Below are positions 29,101-38,421 of a DNA stretch of 64,000 bases, piece by piece. This DNA comes from Tubiluchus corallicola. Its lineage: Eukaryota > Animalia > Priapulida. A model generated the notes under the pieces. The model saw only the letters and a list, made by a program, of their open reading frames with translations. It was not told the origin of the DNA and did no database searches. The position numbers and the translations under genes are program-made. The DNA is taken from contig JAQGDQ010000291.1 of the NCBI GenBank assembly GCA_030141605.1, positions 229,071 through 293,070 on the forward strand, given 5' to 3'. The number at the start of each line of letters is the position of its first letter. The stretch's first letter is position 1.

Positions 29101-29459
29101 TTGTTACGGCTTTCAATGCACGTATCCTTAGATTCGGGAGTAGGAAGCAATGGTTGTTTGCTTATAGTGTGAATTGACAATGAATGAGTATGAAAATAGT
29201 TGTAAATTTTTGTATTCTTAACTTTTCTCTGCACTATTCAAGAATAAGGCACCCCAAATCTAAAAGAATTTATCACTTCTGTTGCCGTTTTTTGTACAGG
29301 TTTGCGAGTTCAAAATCAGGGAAGATCTACCTACACACAGATATACGGATGTTGTTTTCACGTACTCTGTCATCCGATGTTGATGCCAACATGCCCATGT
29401 ATGAGCTGCGATCTTTCACAGAAATGCCGGTCAATCCGCGATTCTCTCCTCGCAGGTGA
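11002..29459 (+). CDS. ATOSA: Atos homolog protein A / FAM214A-like, 12 coding exons, about 1182 aa
   Basis: Exons 11002-11178, 17056-17252, 17790-17915, 18635-18846, 19551-21511, 22571-22708, 24484-24554, 26171-26291, 27176-27334, 27506-27565, 28521-28687, 29300-29459. All are GT-AG and phase-consistent; total 3549 nt. FAM214 motifs recognised: LPVMIEVFLYPDC, LLEQW, RSYLYFSQLSAW, SLLGNFEESVL, GFTAEIGASGSFCP, APSPYLG, GTIQVTLFNPNKTVVKMFVVMYDL, QTFLRQRT, SSKSGKIYLH, NPRFSPR. Confidence 0.93.
12048..12570 (+). mobile_element. Kolobok-like MITE family A, copy 2 (degenerate ends)
   Basis: Colinear similarity to 5751-6296 along its whole length. Confidence 0.78.
12725..13997. repeat. 54-bp minisatellite, about 22 copies, interrupted at about 13811-13858
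   Basis: Unit GGAGAACTTAATGGACTAACCCTTGACACACTAGCTGCTTTACTGTACCCCCCT. Confidence 0.95.
14668..16046. repeat. 69-bp minisatellite, about 20 copies
   Basis: Unit AAGAAATTATCTAGAAGGAAAGTGAAATTGTGTTCGCTTACATATACAAAATTAGCTTCATTAAGTACA. Confidence 0.95.
16585..16616. promoter_or_regulatory. RFX X-box plus CRE cluster (candidate enhancer or alternative promoter)
   Basis: GTTCCCATGGTAAC (16585-16598) fits the GTTNCCATGGNAAC consensus; CCGGATGACGTCA (CRE at 16609-16616) follows. Confidence 0.4.
17056..17252 (+). CDS. ATOSA: ATOSA coding exon 2
   Basis: tgcag|CNRASRLRQQLVQMYHNKLPVMIEVFLYPDC...LLEQWTVQMLPKR|gtttgt. Confidence 0.9.
17790..17915 (+). CDS. ATOSA: ATOSA coding exon 3
   Basis: ttttag|DIGGKITTYMLLQAARSYLYFSQLSAWWNVTQGTSPVNVGYR|gtaaaa; not in the ORF track. 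Confidence 0.9.
18169..18335. repeat. (CAGT)n microsatellite
   Basis: Seen directly in the sequence. Confidence 0.95.
18635..18846 (+). CDS. ATOSA: ATOSA coding exon 4
   Basis: tgtag|LCVPGEAVCGKFEGGTDMHTFPSPSVSKSLAMKITVQ...FACD|gtaaga. Confidence 0.88.
19551..21511 (+). CDS. ATOSA: ATOSA coding exon 5 (large Ser-rich, probably disordered central exon)
   Basis: Open frame of about 653 codons between ttttcag and gtatgt, phase-compatible with both neighbouring exons. Confidence 0.9.
21548..22418. repeat. 28-bp minisatellite, about 31 copies
   Basis: Unit GAAGGTGTATAAATGTCTCATTAGGCCT. Confidence 0.95.
22571..22708 (+). CDS. ATOSA: ATOSA coding exon 6
   Basis: ttacag|SNEVF...FRRSLDSAASMIFNRKTNLPSSSSP|gtgagt. 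Confidence 0.9.
22988..23544 (+). mobile_element. Kolobok-like MITE family B, full-length
   Basis: TTAA-AGGAAAACCGGATGA ... TCGTCCGGTCTTTCT-TTAA (TIR 12/15, TTAA target duplication); second copy at 1-188. TTAA with purine termini points to Kolobok rather than piggyBac. Confidence 0.78.
24484..24554 (+). CDS. ATOSA: ATOSA coding exon 7
   Basis: tttcag|APLRRGNSAFEFDPMLTRVSNIK|gtaagt. Confidence 0.85.
25435..26150. repeat. 57-bp minisatellite, about 12 copies
   Basis: Unit ACACAATGACTAACTTGTGTTTTTCACACATATGATTGTTCTACACAATGCCTAGTT. Confidence 0.93.
26171..26291 (+). CDS. ATOSA: ATOSA coding exon 8
   Basis: tttcag|ALSCSKLE...LSTSAPASSSSSLLGNFE|gtaatt. Confidence 0.9.
27176..27334 (+). CDS. ATOSA: ATOSA coding exon 9
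   Basis: ESVLNGRLEPSGTVEGFTAEIGASGSFCPAHINLPVTAFFYNVSEDDAPSPYL between ttcag and gtatgt. Confidence 0.93.
27506..27565 (+). CDS. ATOSA: ATOSA coding exon 10
   Basis: ttttag|GHINLGKKGYRVPNKGTIQV|gtaagt. Confidence 0.9.
27576..27838 (-). mobile_element. tRNA-derived SINE
   Basis: Minus strand: A-box-like AGTCTAATGGT, B-box GAGTTCGAACC, central GGGTCATACCAAAGACTTTTAAAACGGTACCTGCTG (resembles the Meta/MESC SINE core, from memory), and an (ATT)n tail at 27576-27596. Confidence 0.75.
28521..28687 (+). CDS. ATOSA: ATOSA coding exon 11
   Basis: tttcag|TLFNPNKTVVKMFVVMYDLTDMPVNSQTFLRQRTF...LRFLIHLR|gtaacc. Confidence 0.93.
29300..29459 (+). CDS. ATOSA: ATOSA coding exon 12 (last)
   Basis: tacag|FASSKSGKIYLHTDIRMLFSR...YELRSFTEMPVNPRFSPRR, stop TGA. 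Confidence 0.93.
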
Positions 29460-31636
29460 TGTCACTACTCTTGATAGCATATGAGCGTCAGAAATCTGGG
29501 ATACAACGATCATAAGAAAAAGACGTAGGAACGAGTTTTGATGTTCATTCGAGAGCTTGAAAAAAATAATCTATTTATTTTAATGGTTACTCTTTCAATT
29601 CAAACTTTTCAACTTGATGAAAAGAAACGTTAAAAAGTTCAAATTAGTAAATGAACTTGATGGTGTTAGCCTGTTCGCTGTGCTTTCAAATGCACAATCT
29701 CCAGAAAAACATCCATATGGTACTGCACTGTACAACTGAATGCACGCAGTACATTTACACTTTGCAGTTTTCTGATTCTGATAATTACAAATTCTGTATT
29801 CGCAATTTTATCTCTTAATAACAAGCAAAAACACGAAGAGAAAATTTATTTTAGCTTATGTGTAAGTTTGCATGCTGCCGTTGTTCGACTTAGTGTTTTA
29901 GCACTAGATTTTGTTATACAGTTTTGGTTTATGTGAAAGTCATGGATGTACCCGTTTGATTGTAGGAATGTCTCGTGCGTTTTATTATAAAGAGATATTG
30001 GCTAAAGTGTGCAGACTGCAGTTGACATACTGCCAAAATCTCATGTTTATCGATTTTTGACGTAGAACAAAAGCTATGTATGCGTAGTACATTTAAATTT
30101 GTTAAACAAAGTAATATACTTATTTTGGCACTTAGTAGTTTAGGAGTATATTTGACGAATCTTCTCACTTTGGAGAATGAAACTCCCCCCCCCCCCGATT
30201 TTGAATTACTTCCAGTGGAAGTTCAACTAACTTGCTGAAATGAGGAATTCTTGTCAAGTGAAGAGCATCCAAGATCTGTTATAATCAAAATAGGTGTTAA
30301 CAGAGTGTCAGACTTTAAGTGGTTGTACTTCTCGTTGACTTTAACATATAATTATATGTTTTGTTGATTTTTAATGACATTACTTTAGCTTTGTTAAATG
30401 ATAAGCGAAAATAATAAACGAATCCCTGAGACGTGGCGGTTTAATCGGCTGGTTTATTTAGTAAAATCTATAAACAAACAGAAATTATATAATTAATTTA
30501 ACGATTACGTGGAATAAGAAATATTCCACAATCAAGAAACTGAGGAAAAGAAAGTTGTCACCCTTTTTAAACGCATGACTTTCTTTTCTTTGTTTTTAAA
30601 TTTTGGGATATTTTGTTCCTCTAAACTTTTCTTGTCGCTAAGAATTGCAAGTAACACATTTAGGTTTGTATTGTATGGATAGTAATTGTTGTTACGGTTC
30701 AAGTGTTTTGGTAATTGGTTTGTGTACTGCTGTGTAGGGCATGGCATACGCCTTATCCGGATAGATTAATATTGTTAACATCAGCATTTAAGAGTCTGCA
30801 AGATATGAAAATCAGAAATGTTCAGTTAGAATGAGTTGAAATGAGACTTGCTAAGTCCAAGCAAGGTTGTTGTAAGATTTCGTGTCAGAAAGTTTCAGTC
30901 GACATACGGATAGTTGGGAAGTGATTTTTGCGGGACAGTTCCGTCAATCAGAACGAATTCCACAAGTTTCGTTGATTTTCTTAATTTGGCGATTTTTAAC
31001 GGAGTGAATGTTGTTCACCTCACTCTGAACTTGCCCTGCTAAAATCACTCAGGATAATTTTGTTCAACTCTGATAGCATTCTTCAAATGCAAACATTTAT
31101 TTGTCTACACGATGACAACGTTAGACGTGGCAATTTTCCGCAGCTCTTAATATTGTGTTAATGATACAGAAATGTTGCAAACTCTTTTCTGTTTTATGCA
31201 AAATTTATTAATTAATGTAACTTGTACTGAGTAATTAGGATGAAAGCTTAGTTAAAATGTTTAACCTGTTTTTGAATTTACTGTTAATTAGTTTTATTTT
31301 TATGTAAACGTAGTCTCCTTGATCAGAGGGTTATTATTACTTGTTTTGGTATTGAGCTGTTTGAGTGCTGAACTAAACAAGTCATTTTTCTTTAGTTTGT
31401 TTTTCAGAATGATCGTTCAGATTGTTATTGTCCTGGAAATTTTATCGTTTATTTTGTATTTATTATAATATAAATTGTTGCACGTCATATTACTATAATA
31501 TGTGTTAGTAGAGAAAGTAGAAAGTCGAATATATAAATGATGGATGACGCTATAGCAAGTTTGACCTTGAGATTGTCCGAAGATGGGAAAAGTCAATCAA
31601 TTGTGCACGATACACTAGCAGTCAGTTTTCACTATA

Positions 31637-32057
31637 CACTATACTTCAGGTATAAGGTACTCGCTTATAAAGGGGCACCAACACCACCTGTCGCGATTTT
31701 TCGTAACGTTTTTCCTATGTAAAAATGTTCGTATATAAGGGACGATGTCTTTAGGTAATAGAAACCGAGGTAGATTACCTCGCATACAAGGGACCCTATG
31801 ATCAAAGCGAAATTGATCGGTTTTAAACTTCAATTTTTCGCAAACTCGGCCTTCGAACAGTTCGGTTTGCGTGGTCGCATATGTTTTGCATCAGTGAAGG
31901 GGCTCCCTACATACCGTTTGCAATGAATGCGTAGCAATCCATAAAAATATGGGTCAGATACACCCTCGGTCTGACTCACCTTCCGCTATAAGGGACATCG
32001 GGTATAAGAGACGGTTTTTTCCGGTCCCGAGGTGTCCCTTATATCCGAGGTTGATTG
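31637..32057. mobile_element. pogo/Tigger-like MITE in the ATOSA 3' region
   Basis: Degenerate TIRs CACTATACTTCAGGTATAAGG and CAATCAACCTCGGATATAAGG (15/21); internal A(T/C)AAGGGAC subrepeats; TA on the left flank. Confidence 0.55.
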
Positions 32058-32259
32058 TTTTCCCTTGTGCAAATGATATTACTGTTGCGACTGCTGTTCA
32101 GTTTAGGGTGGTAAGTTTGATGTTCAGCCACAGTAACTGCTGTTTGCACGTACCAGGCACAAGAAATGAAACAAATTTTCAAAAGCATTTTGCAGTTGTG
32201 ACGACTAAACAGTTATTGACTTTTCCTCCAGTTGGCGTGTTCAGACATGAAGGATTATA

Positions 32260-32265
32260 AATAAA
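32260..32265 (+). terminator. Candidate ATOSA polyadenylation signal
   Basis: AATAAA followed by a T-rich tract, just short of the convergent HDHD2 3' end; other AATAAA sites exist upstream. Confidence 0.3.
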
Positions 32266-32962
32266 CTTTGTAAAAGGACAATTTTGATTTCTGAATTTTT
32301 CTCTCCTCTCTCTTAACAAGCTGCTAGGTAAACGAGTAACATAAGTACTGCTTAGTACTTTGTACTGTACATAATAGCTCAGATTACTGATTATTTGTAG
32401 TGCATAATTAACCTGTTGTACAAATTACTGTTTCCAAAACCAGTGATACAGTTTTGCAGTACATTTACTCTCTATGCTGAAATATAATCGCAACTCATAA
32501 AAGTTAATGATTCGAGCCAGTACCTTGTAACAACAACTCAGGGGGAATGCATGATGCTGATATAAATGTGACTAGGACTAGAAACATTAACGTAGCAATG
32601 CACATAAGGTAACAATGCACACGATAAAGCAATGTTTGACCTTATTTACTTGATAGATGCGTGACAAGTATAATCATCGTATACATTAATTTTGTCCATG
32701 TAAGTTTAATCTAATCCTCAAGTCATGCAAGTGACTTGCACTGGTGGGGTAGTTATAATAAAAAATATTTGTGACTGTGTACTTTATTTAGGCACTTTGT
32801 TAACAGCATTCAAAGCATTAATAACTGATCTCTTGACAAACATCATTTATTCTTCACCAGCTTTGCTAGTGGTACTAAAATCAGTAATAGTTAACAATTT
32901 TACCTAGGATACGCATACATGTACATTTAAACTACCAGACCATTCTCACACAGAAGAATTTG

Positions 32963-33066
32963 TCACAACAAATTTTCAATGATGTGTTCTACAGCTGCTG
33001 GAAAATCATCGCACGTCAGATGTGGAGGTGGATCAATTTTGTCTTCGTCTCCGGCTCGATATTTTC
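32963..33066 (-). CDS. HDHD2: HDHD2 exon 6 (last)
   Basis: ttcatag|[33 protein letters not shown], stop TGA. Confidence 0.92.
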
Positions 33067-36000
33067 CTATGAAACATTAAATAAAAGAAGTTGGAAGCTA
33101 ATCAATATTTAAAAAATCCAAATCTGTGTACCAAACTGTAATTAGCAAAGCAAAACGCATATTAGCACAGCGTACGCATCAATAAATTCAACAAAAAACT
33201 AAGACTAAAGGCCTAAAATGGGAATAAATGGATTGATTGATGCGCCATGACAAAGATAACCAGTTCTAAAACTAATAATGCAGTTATTTATGACGTGTTT
33301 AGAGATGTGATTCACGGAACTTGGAAATCACATTAGTGTGTGAGTTCTGTTTAACATCAGCAAAATCAAATGAATGGTGTTCAAGGGTTTATGGAAACCT
33401 AGAAAGAGGGATGTTGCAGGAATGGGTTCCACAGAAGATGAGATAAAAAGTCCTGGGCAGATATTGTCGTGTGCGATTGTGAAGAAGTGTTACACAGATG
33501 TGAAGATACAAAACCAAAGATGCAAGAGAAGTACAAAGCAGATGCAAGAAATTATTCAAATGTCATCTGCTGCCTCAAAATCTTCCAAGTTATAGTGCAA
33601 TAAGAAACCGTTTTTTAGAACCAGAATCAGGTTTTTATTAAAATGGGATGGTCCAGCTAGACGCACAATGAAAAGGTGTAGTGTCCACTGGTCACAGCTT
33701 AAGTTGTTCATTTGAAGTGTCAAATTTTAAAAAGAAATTTACACTGTTTAACAAACAGTTACACTGCAGCTGTGTTTCACTATCAGGATGTTATAAAAAG
33801 AGGTGAATATGAAGGATCCTGAAAACAGCCAGAAAATATTTACTAACTTTCTAAGCCATTAATTGCACACAAATCACTACATGAATTTCATTCATTCATT
33901 TCACCAACGTCACATAAACTATAATTAGTGAAATAACTTAAAAGTTGTACCTGTTCTAACAAGAATTCCGAGCATACCACAAGCTTGTGCTCCTCCGATG
34001 TCATCTCTCACATCCTGTACAAAAACATCCAAGTGTTTAAATATAATGAACAGCGTGCGAGAAATCAAACCTTTTAATCTTTTACTTTATAGTATGTTAC
34101 GAAACAGTTCAACTTTATAGTATGTTAAGAAACACTTCAACTTTGTAGTATGTTAAGAAACAGTTCAACTTTATAGTATGTTAAGAAACAGTTCAACTTT
34201 GTAGTATGTTAAGAAACAGTTCAACTTTATAGTATGTTAAGAAACAGTTCAACTTTATAGTATGTTAAGAAACAGTTCAACTTTATAGTGTGTTACGAAA
34301 CAGTTCAACTTTATAGTGTGTTGCGAAACAGTTCAACTTTATAGTGTGTTACGAAACAGTTCAACTTTATAGTGTGTTACGAAACAGTTCAACTTTATAG
34401 TGTGTTACGAAACAGTTCAACTTTATAGTGTGTTACGAAACAGTTCAACTTTATAGTGTTATGAAACAGTTCAACTTGATAGTATGTGAAGAAACAGTGC
34501 AACTTTATAGCATGTTAAGAAACAGTGCAACATGTTTCTCTAAAAATGGTGGCCAACTTGACCAAATTGTAACCTTTTTAAACTTTAGTTAAAGGTGATC
34601 ATCAACATGTGAATACCTAGTGCCTTACACGACATAATAATTTGTTCACCAAATGACCATTTTGTTAATCTAAGAGCAAATAAATTAATATTTACCACAC
34701 AACAGAGCTTACGGGCTTGCTAAACACAATGCCACATTTATTTGCACAGGCAATGATTTAATCATCACGTCAGCCACAGCGGGCTTACAAAAATGAAATA
34801 CCACGAGTACTTGACAGTTTCCAATCAAAAATCATTTGCCAATTTTGTTGTTAAACTGAATGGGACAGTTTGGCAGAATACTGACAGACAGATGAAAATC
34901 AGCTCTGGCAGTTGGTAGATTAGGTTATAATTGTGGCTTTTTGCTAAACTAGAAAAACTGATGGTGTTAATAAAAAAAACTTATGTACAACATACATTGT
35001 TCAATACTTACATCACCAATCATAACCGTCTCGTGCAAATCACAGCCCAGCTCTTGTACTGCTTGTGTGAAGAAGTTAGCTTCTGGTTTGCCTAACACCA
35101 AAGCTTTTATGCCTGTTGCATATTCTAAACCCTGCACAAATGGACCCGGACCTAAGTACAACCCATCTTTCTTCCGTAAATATCGAGCTTTATGGATGCC
35201 AATGAACGTGGCGCCATCTAGAATCAACCTGAAATACACAGAATAGACTCACCCAACGCCTATTTAGCAAGGTGCGACAAAAATAGGTGAAACACAATTT
35301 ACACTCTATGTTGTGAATGCGCTAAACTTTCTTGACTATAATGCACAGTAATTTCAATAAAATTGTCATCCTTTAAGTCAATTAAAGGAAAGGATAAGTC
35401 ACTTAGCATGTTGGGTTTATTTCACTGCTATCACTTAAACTTACAAGATGGTAACAAAAACATTTCTATAGAACATAAAGCTAATTTATACTACTACTAT
35501 ACAGAAATTTTCAGACGCAATTGTTGGCGCCACTCACTTGAAAATTATGACGTAACTGATGACTTTTTGTAAACTCGCACTGGTTAAAATAATTCAAACT
35601 TCTGCACTTTATCTAGTATTCATGCAGAAATGTCACAAAAACTCCTTATACCTTTGACACAAATTGATAGTCTAATGCAGTTCTTCAATTGACGGATGAC
35701 ATCATTGGTGGAAAAACAGACGTTCAAAATGACGGATGACGTCATTTGTGGAAAAATAGATGTTCAAAATGACGGATGACGTCATTGGTGGAAAAATAGA
35801 TATTCAAAATGACGGATGACGTCATTGGTGGAAAAATAGACGTTCAAAATGGAAGTGCCTGTTGCAGATGCGAGCATTTAATTTACAGTTTATTATTAAT
35901 TTTTATTTGTAGTTTCAAATAGTTTTCATTACCATAAAGTCAGTGCTGACATCAATATATGTATGTACTTGCTACTGCTATATGTTTGTATGTAACTGGG

Positions 36001-38421
36001 TCACTTGGCTTCTCTGTGAGTGTAGCAGTTTTTCACACTTGGTAGCAACATTAGAGGACAGGCAATAGGCTTAAACAGTGGTGTGGTTATAATAACGTTT
36101 TGACTCAGGTGCCATGATTTATTGGCTGATGGATTTACTTAACTTTTGTTTACTACTGTTGATTATGTATACCATTTTCGTGTATATGTGGACTGACTAT
36201 GAGACTATGATTTTGAGTAAAATTCAGATCACAATGTTAAACCATGTTTTCACCCAGTGATTTCCTCTGTTTAACACGAACATCGCAACTAGAAAAACAG
36301 TCTGATAAACCTGCCAATGTTGGTTGTTGGCTCTCCTCAAATACCCCAGCGACAACTTTAGCGTCACGACAGTGCCTAAGTGTGAAATGATTGCTACTTT
36401 AAAATGATTTGACTAATCACACGAGGAGCATGTCACACTTTTATTACCAAATTCTATTAACATATTTCGCGAATATTGAAATAAGCGTAACTTTCCAGGG
36501 GGCTTGGCCTCCAAGGTAAATATTCACTACATGTTGCTTAACTACCAAATCTGCTTTGAAACCAATGTTAGTGATGTTACAATAAAGTTTAACTAATGAG
36601 TTTACCTGAAAGCTTCATTCAAAGTAGCATAGTGAAAGTGATTTGGCGCCAAACCAATAATAACAGCATTTGGATTAGATGTGTCTACACCTAGAAAGAC
36701 AGAATGTAAAGTAGAAAATCAATGCAAGGAAACAGACGTGGTTTTATGCCTTTTTATAAAGTTCAGCAGACTGCAAGCTAATGGCATAATCCACTCAATA
36801 TTTATGTTTGTGACAAGACTGGAACCTGGAACAGCATCAAGGATAACCTTCTAAAGAGAGGGATGAGATGCTGAACTAGTCACATCCTCACCTTCCCTCA
36901 CTGTGACAAATGGCCAGAATCGGCATGTTGATAATGTCGTCAATCTATTCACCGATGTTTCTCATCATTGCTTAACGTCAGCCGCAAAGCACATGGTATA
37001 CCCCACTTGCATATTCAGCTTTGGCATTTTCAAGTTATTAGGTAACATACAGCAAGAACATGTTTCTTTTCATTTTTATGCAGAAAATTTCATTCCATGG
37101 GACCACGCAGATCAGCAAAGAACAGAATTAAAACATCTAGAAATTATGCACTACCCGATTAAACAAATAAATTAATTAAGGCAACATATAATTGATTACT
37201 ACAAAGTTAAAAAACACTTACATCTTTAGCAAAATTAACTGCATTATTAAAAATCTGATTTACTTTTCAATTATACCTTCAAAATCCTCCAAAGCTTCTT
37301 TTTCTAACAGTAAAAAGGGCCTTAGCTGCATCTCATCAGTCACCTTCCGAGCAGCAACGAGTGACGTAAAGATTTCATCTTTTGATATGCCAAACCCAAG
37401 CTTTTGCAGCCGGTTGTACAAAAAATTCTTTGACTCTTTCGTTGTATTAGTGACAAATTTGAGCGGTAAATGTCTTTCCCTTAAACTACAAACAACCAAA
37501 TCATAATTCAAAATGACTGCTTTTAAGTTCCTTGCATGAAGCAGATATCGCGCAGGCACAAAAAGTACTGCTTTAAAGAGCTGAAGAGCTATTTATAAAC
37601 TGTGCTTGCAAACCAAAACCGTACACAAATCAGCATAATTAAAACTGTAGGCTTATGAGTGCTTCAAAGTAGAATGCACCAAAAATTTGGTCAAATGTCA
37701 TTTTTTTGTTGTTTATAAAAACAAACACTAAATATATTGGACTTTTATATTATAGCGTCAAATTATTAAGAAAATGTCCAAAAAATACTAAAAATCTTTC
37801 TAACCCTGCACCCGCTTTTCTGGCTAGAATATAATGCTGCAATTGTAAAAAAACTCCTATTTTCAAACTGCGATTGTAGCTCGTGGAATCAGTCACTTTG
37901 CTTTGGGTTTTTTCTGCTGACAAGCCCAATCCTATCTCAGGAAGAACCATCTACCGGATCTAAACATAACTTCAATGTTTAGAAGGCTTCAACGAAAGTG
38001 TGAAAAGGCTTATTTAGATAAGTTAAACGTAACTTCTTAAGGATGGATTTAAATTAATTTGCATACAGGCCCACTGGGTAAGCACCCATTATAATAAGCG
38101 GTGTAATTAGGTTTCCTGTTCAGTAAAGTTTATAAAAGAAAAAGCAAAATTTAATTAGTTTGTAGGTGAAAAATCACAATGAAGATTTAAAACCATTAAG
38201 TAACAGAGGCTTTTTTCAGAGCTACACGCATGGTGTTAACCAAATCGTGACATTAACTTAAAACAACACTTCAAATGCAGAAAATTCCTAAAGATTAAAT
38301 ATATAAATGACCGTTGTAGGGCATTTACTGCACCGGGAATACTGTAGTCATCTATATGTATAGTCCCGCTCAAATCTATTAAAACTGCCCCGATTTTGTA
38401 TTTTCTGCATGACGCTGCCAT
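32963..38421 (-). CDS. HDHD2: Haloacid dehalogenase-like hydrolase domain-containing protein 2, 6 exons, 262 aa
   Basis: Exons 38421-38312, 37485-37277, 36690-36606, 35228-35012, 34014-33951, 33066-32963 (789 nt). Motifs [96 protein letters not shown] match the HDHD2 subfamily of HAD class IIA. Confidence 0.95.
33951..34014 (-). CDS. HDHD2: HDHD2 exon 5
   Basis: tacag|[22 protein letters not shown]|gtacaa. Confidence 0.92.
34084..34531. repeat. 28-bp minisatellite, about 16 copies
   Basis: Unit AACTTTATAGTATGTTAAGAAACAGTTC. Confidence 0.95.
35012..35228 (-). CDS. HDHD2: HDHD2 exon 4
   Basis: tttcag|[16 protein letters not shown]...ETVMIGD|gtaagt. Confidence 0.93.
35382..36512 (+). mobile_element. 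Kolobok-like MITE family A, copy 3, with an internal 40-bp x4 repeat and a nested solo LTR
   Basis: TTAA-AGGAAAGGATAAGTC start; family similarity stops at 35859 and resumes at 36372. Confidence 0.78.
35860..36371. mobile_element. Probable solo LTR (512 bp)
   Basis: TGT...ACA termini; 5-bp direct repeat GTGCC at 35855-35859 and 36372-36376; cleanly interrupts a MITE; AATAAA on the minus strand near its left end. Confidence 0.7.
36606..36690 (-). CDS. HDHD2: HDHD2 exon 3
   Basis: ttctag|[28 protein letters not shown]|gtaaac. Confidence 0.92.
37277..37485 (-). CDS. HDHD2: HDHD2 exon 2
   Basis: tgtag|[18 protein letters not shown]...ALEDFE-G|gtataa. Confidence 0.93.
38312..38421 (-). CDS. HDHD2: HDHD2 exon 1
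   Basis: [37 protein letters not shown]|gtcatt. Confidence 0.92.
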
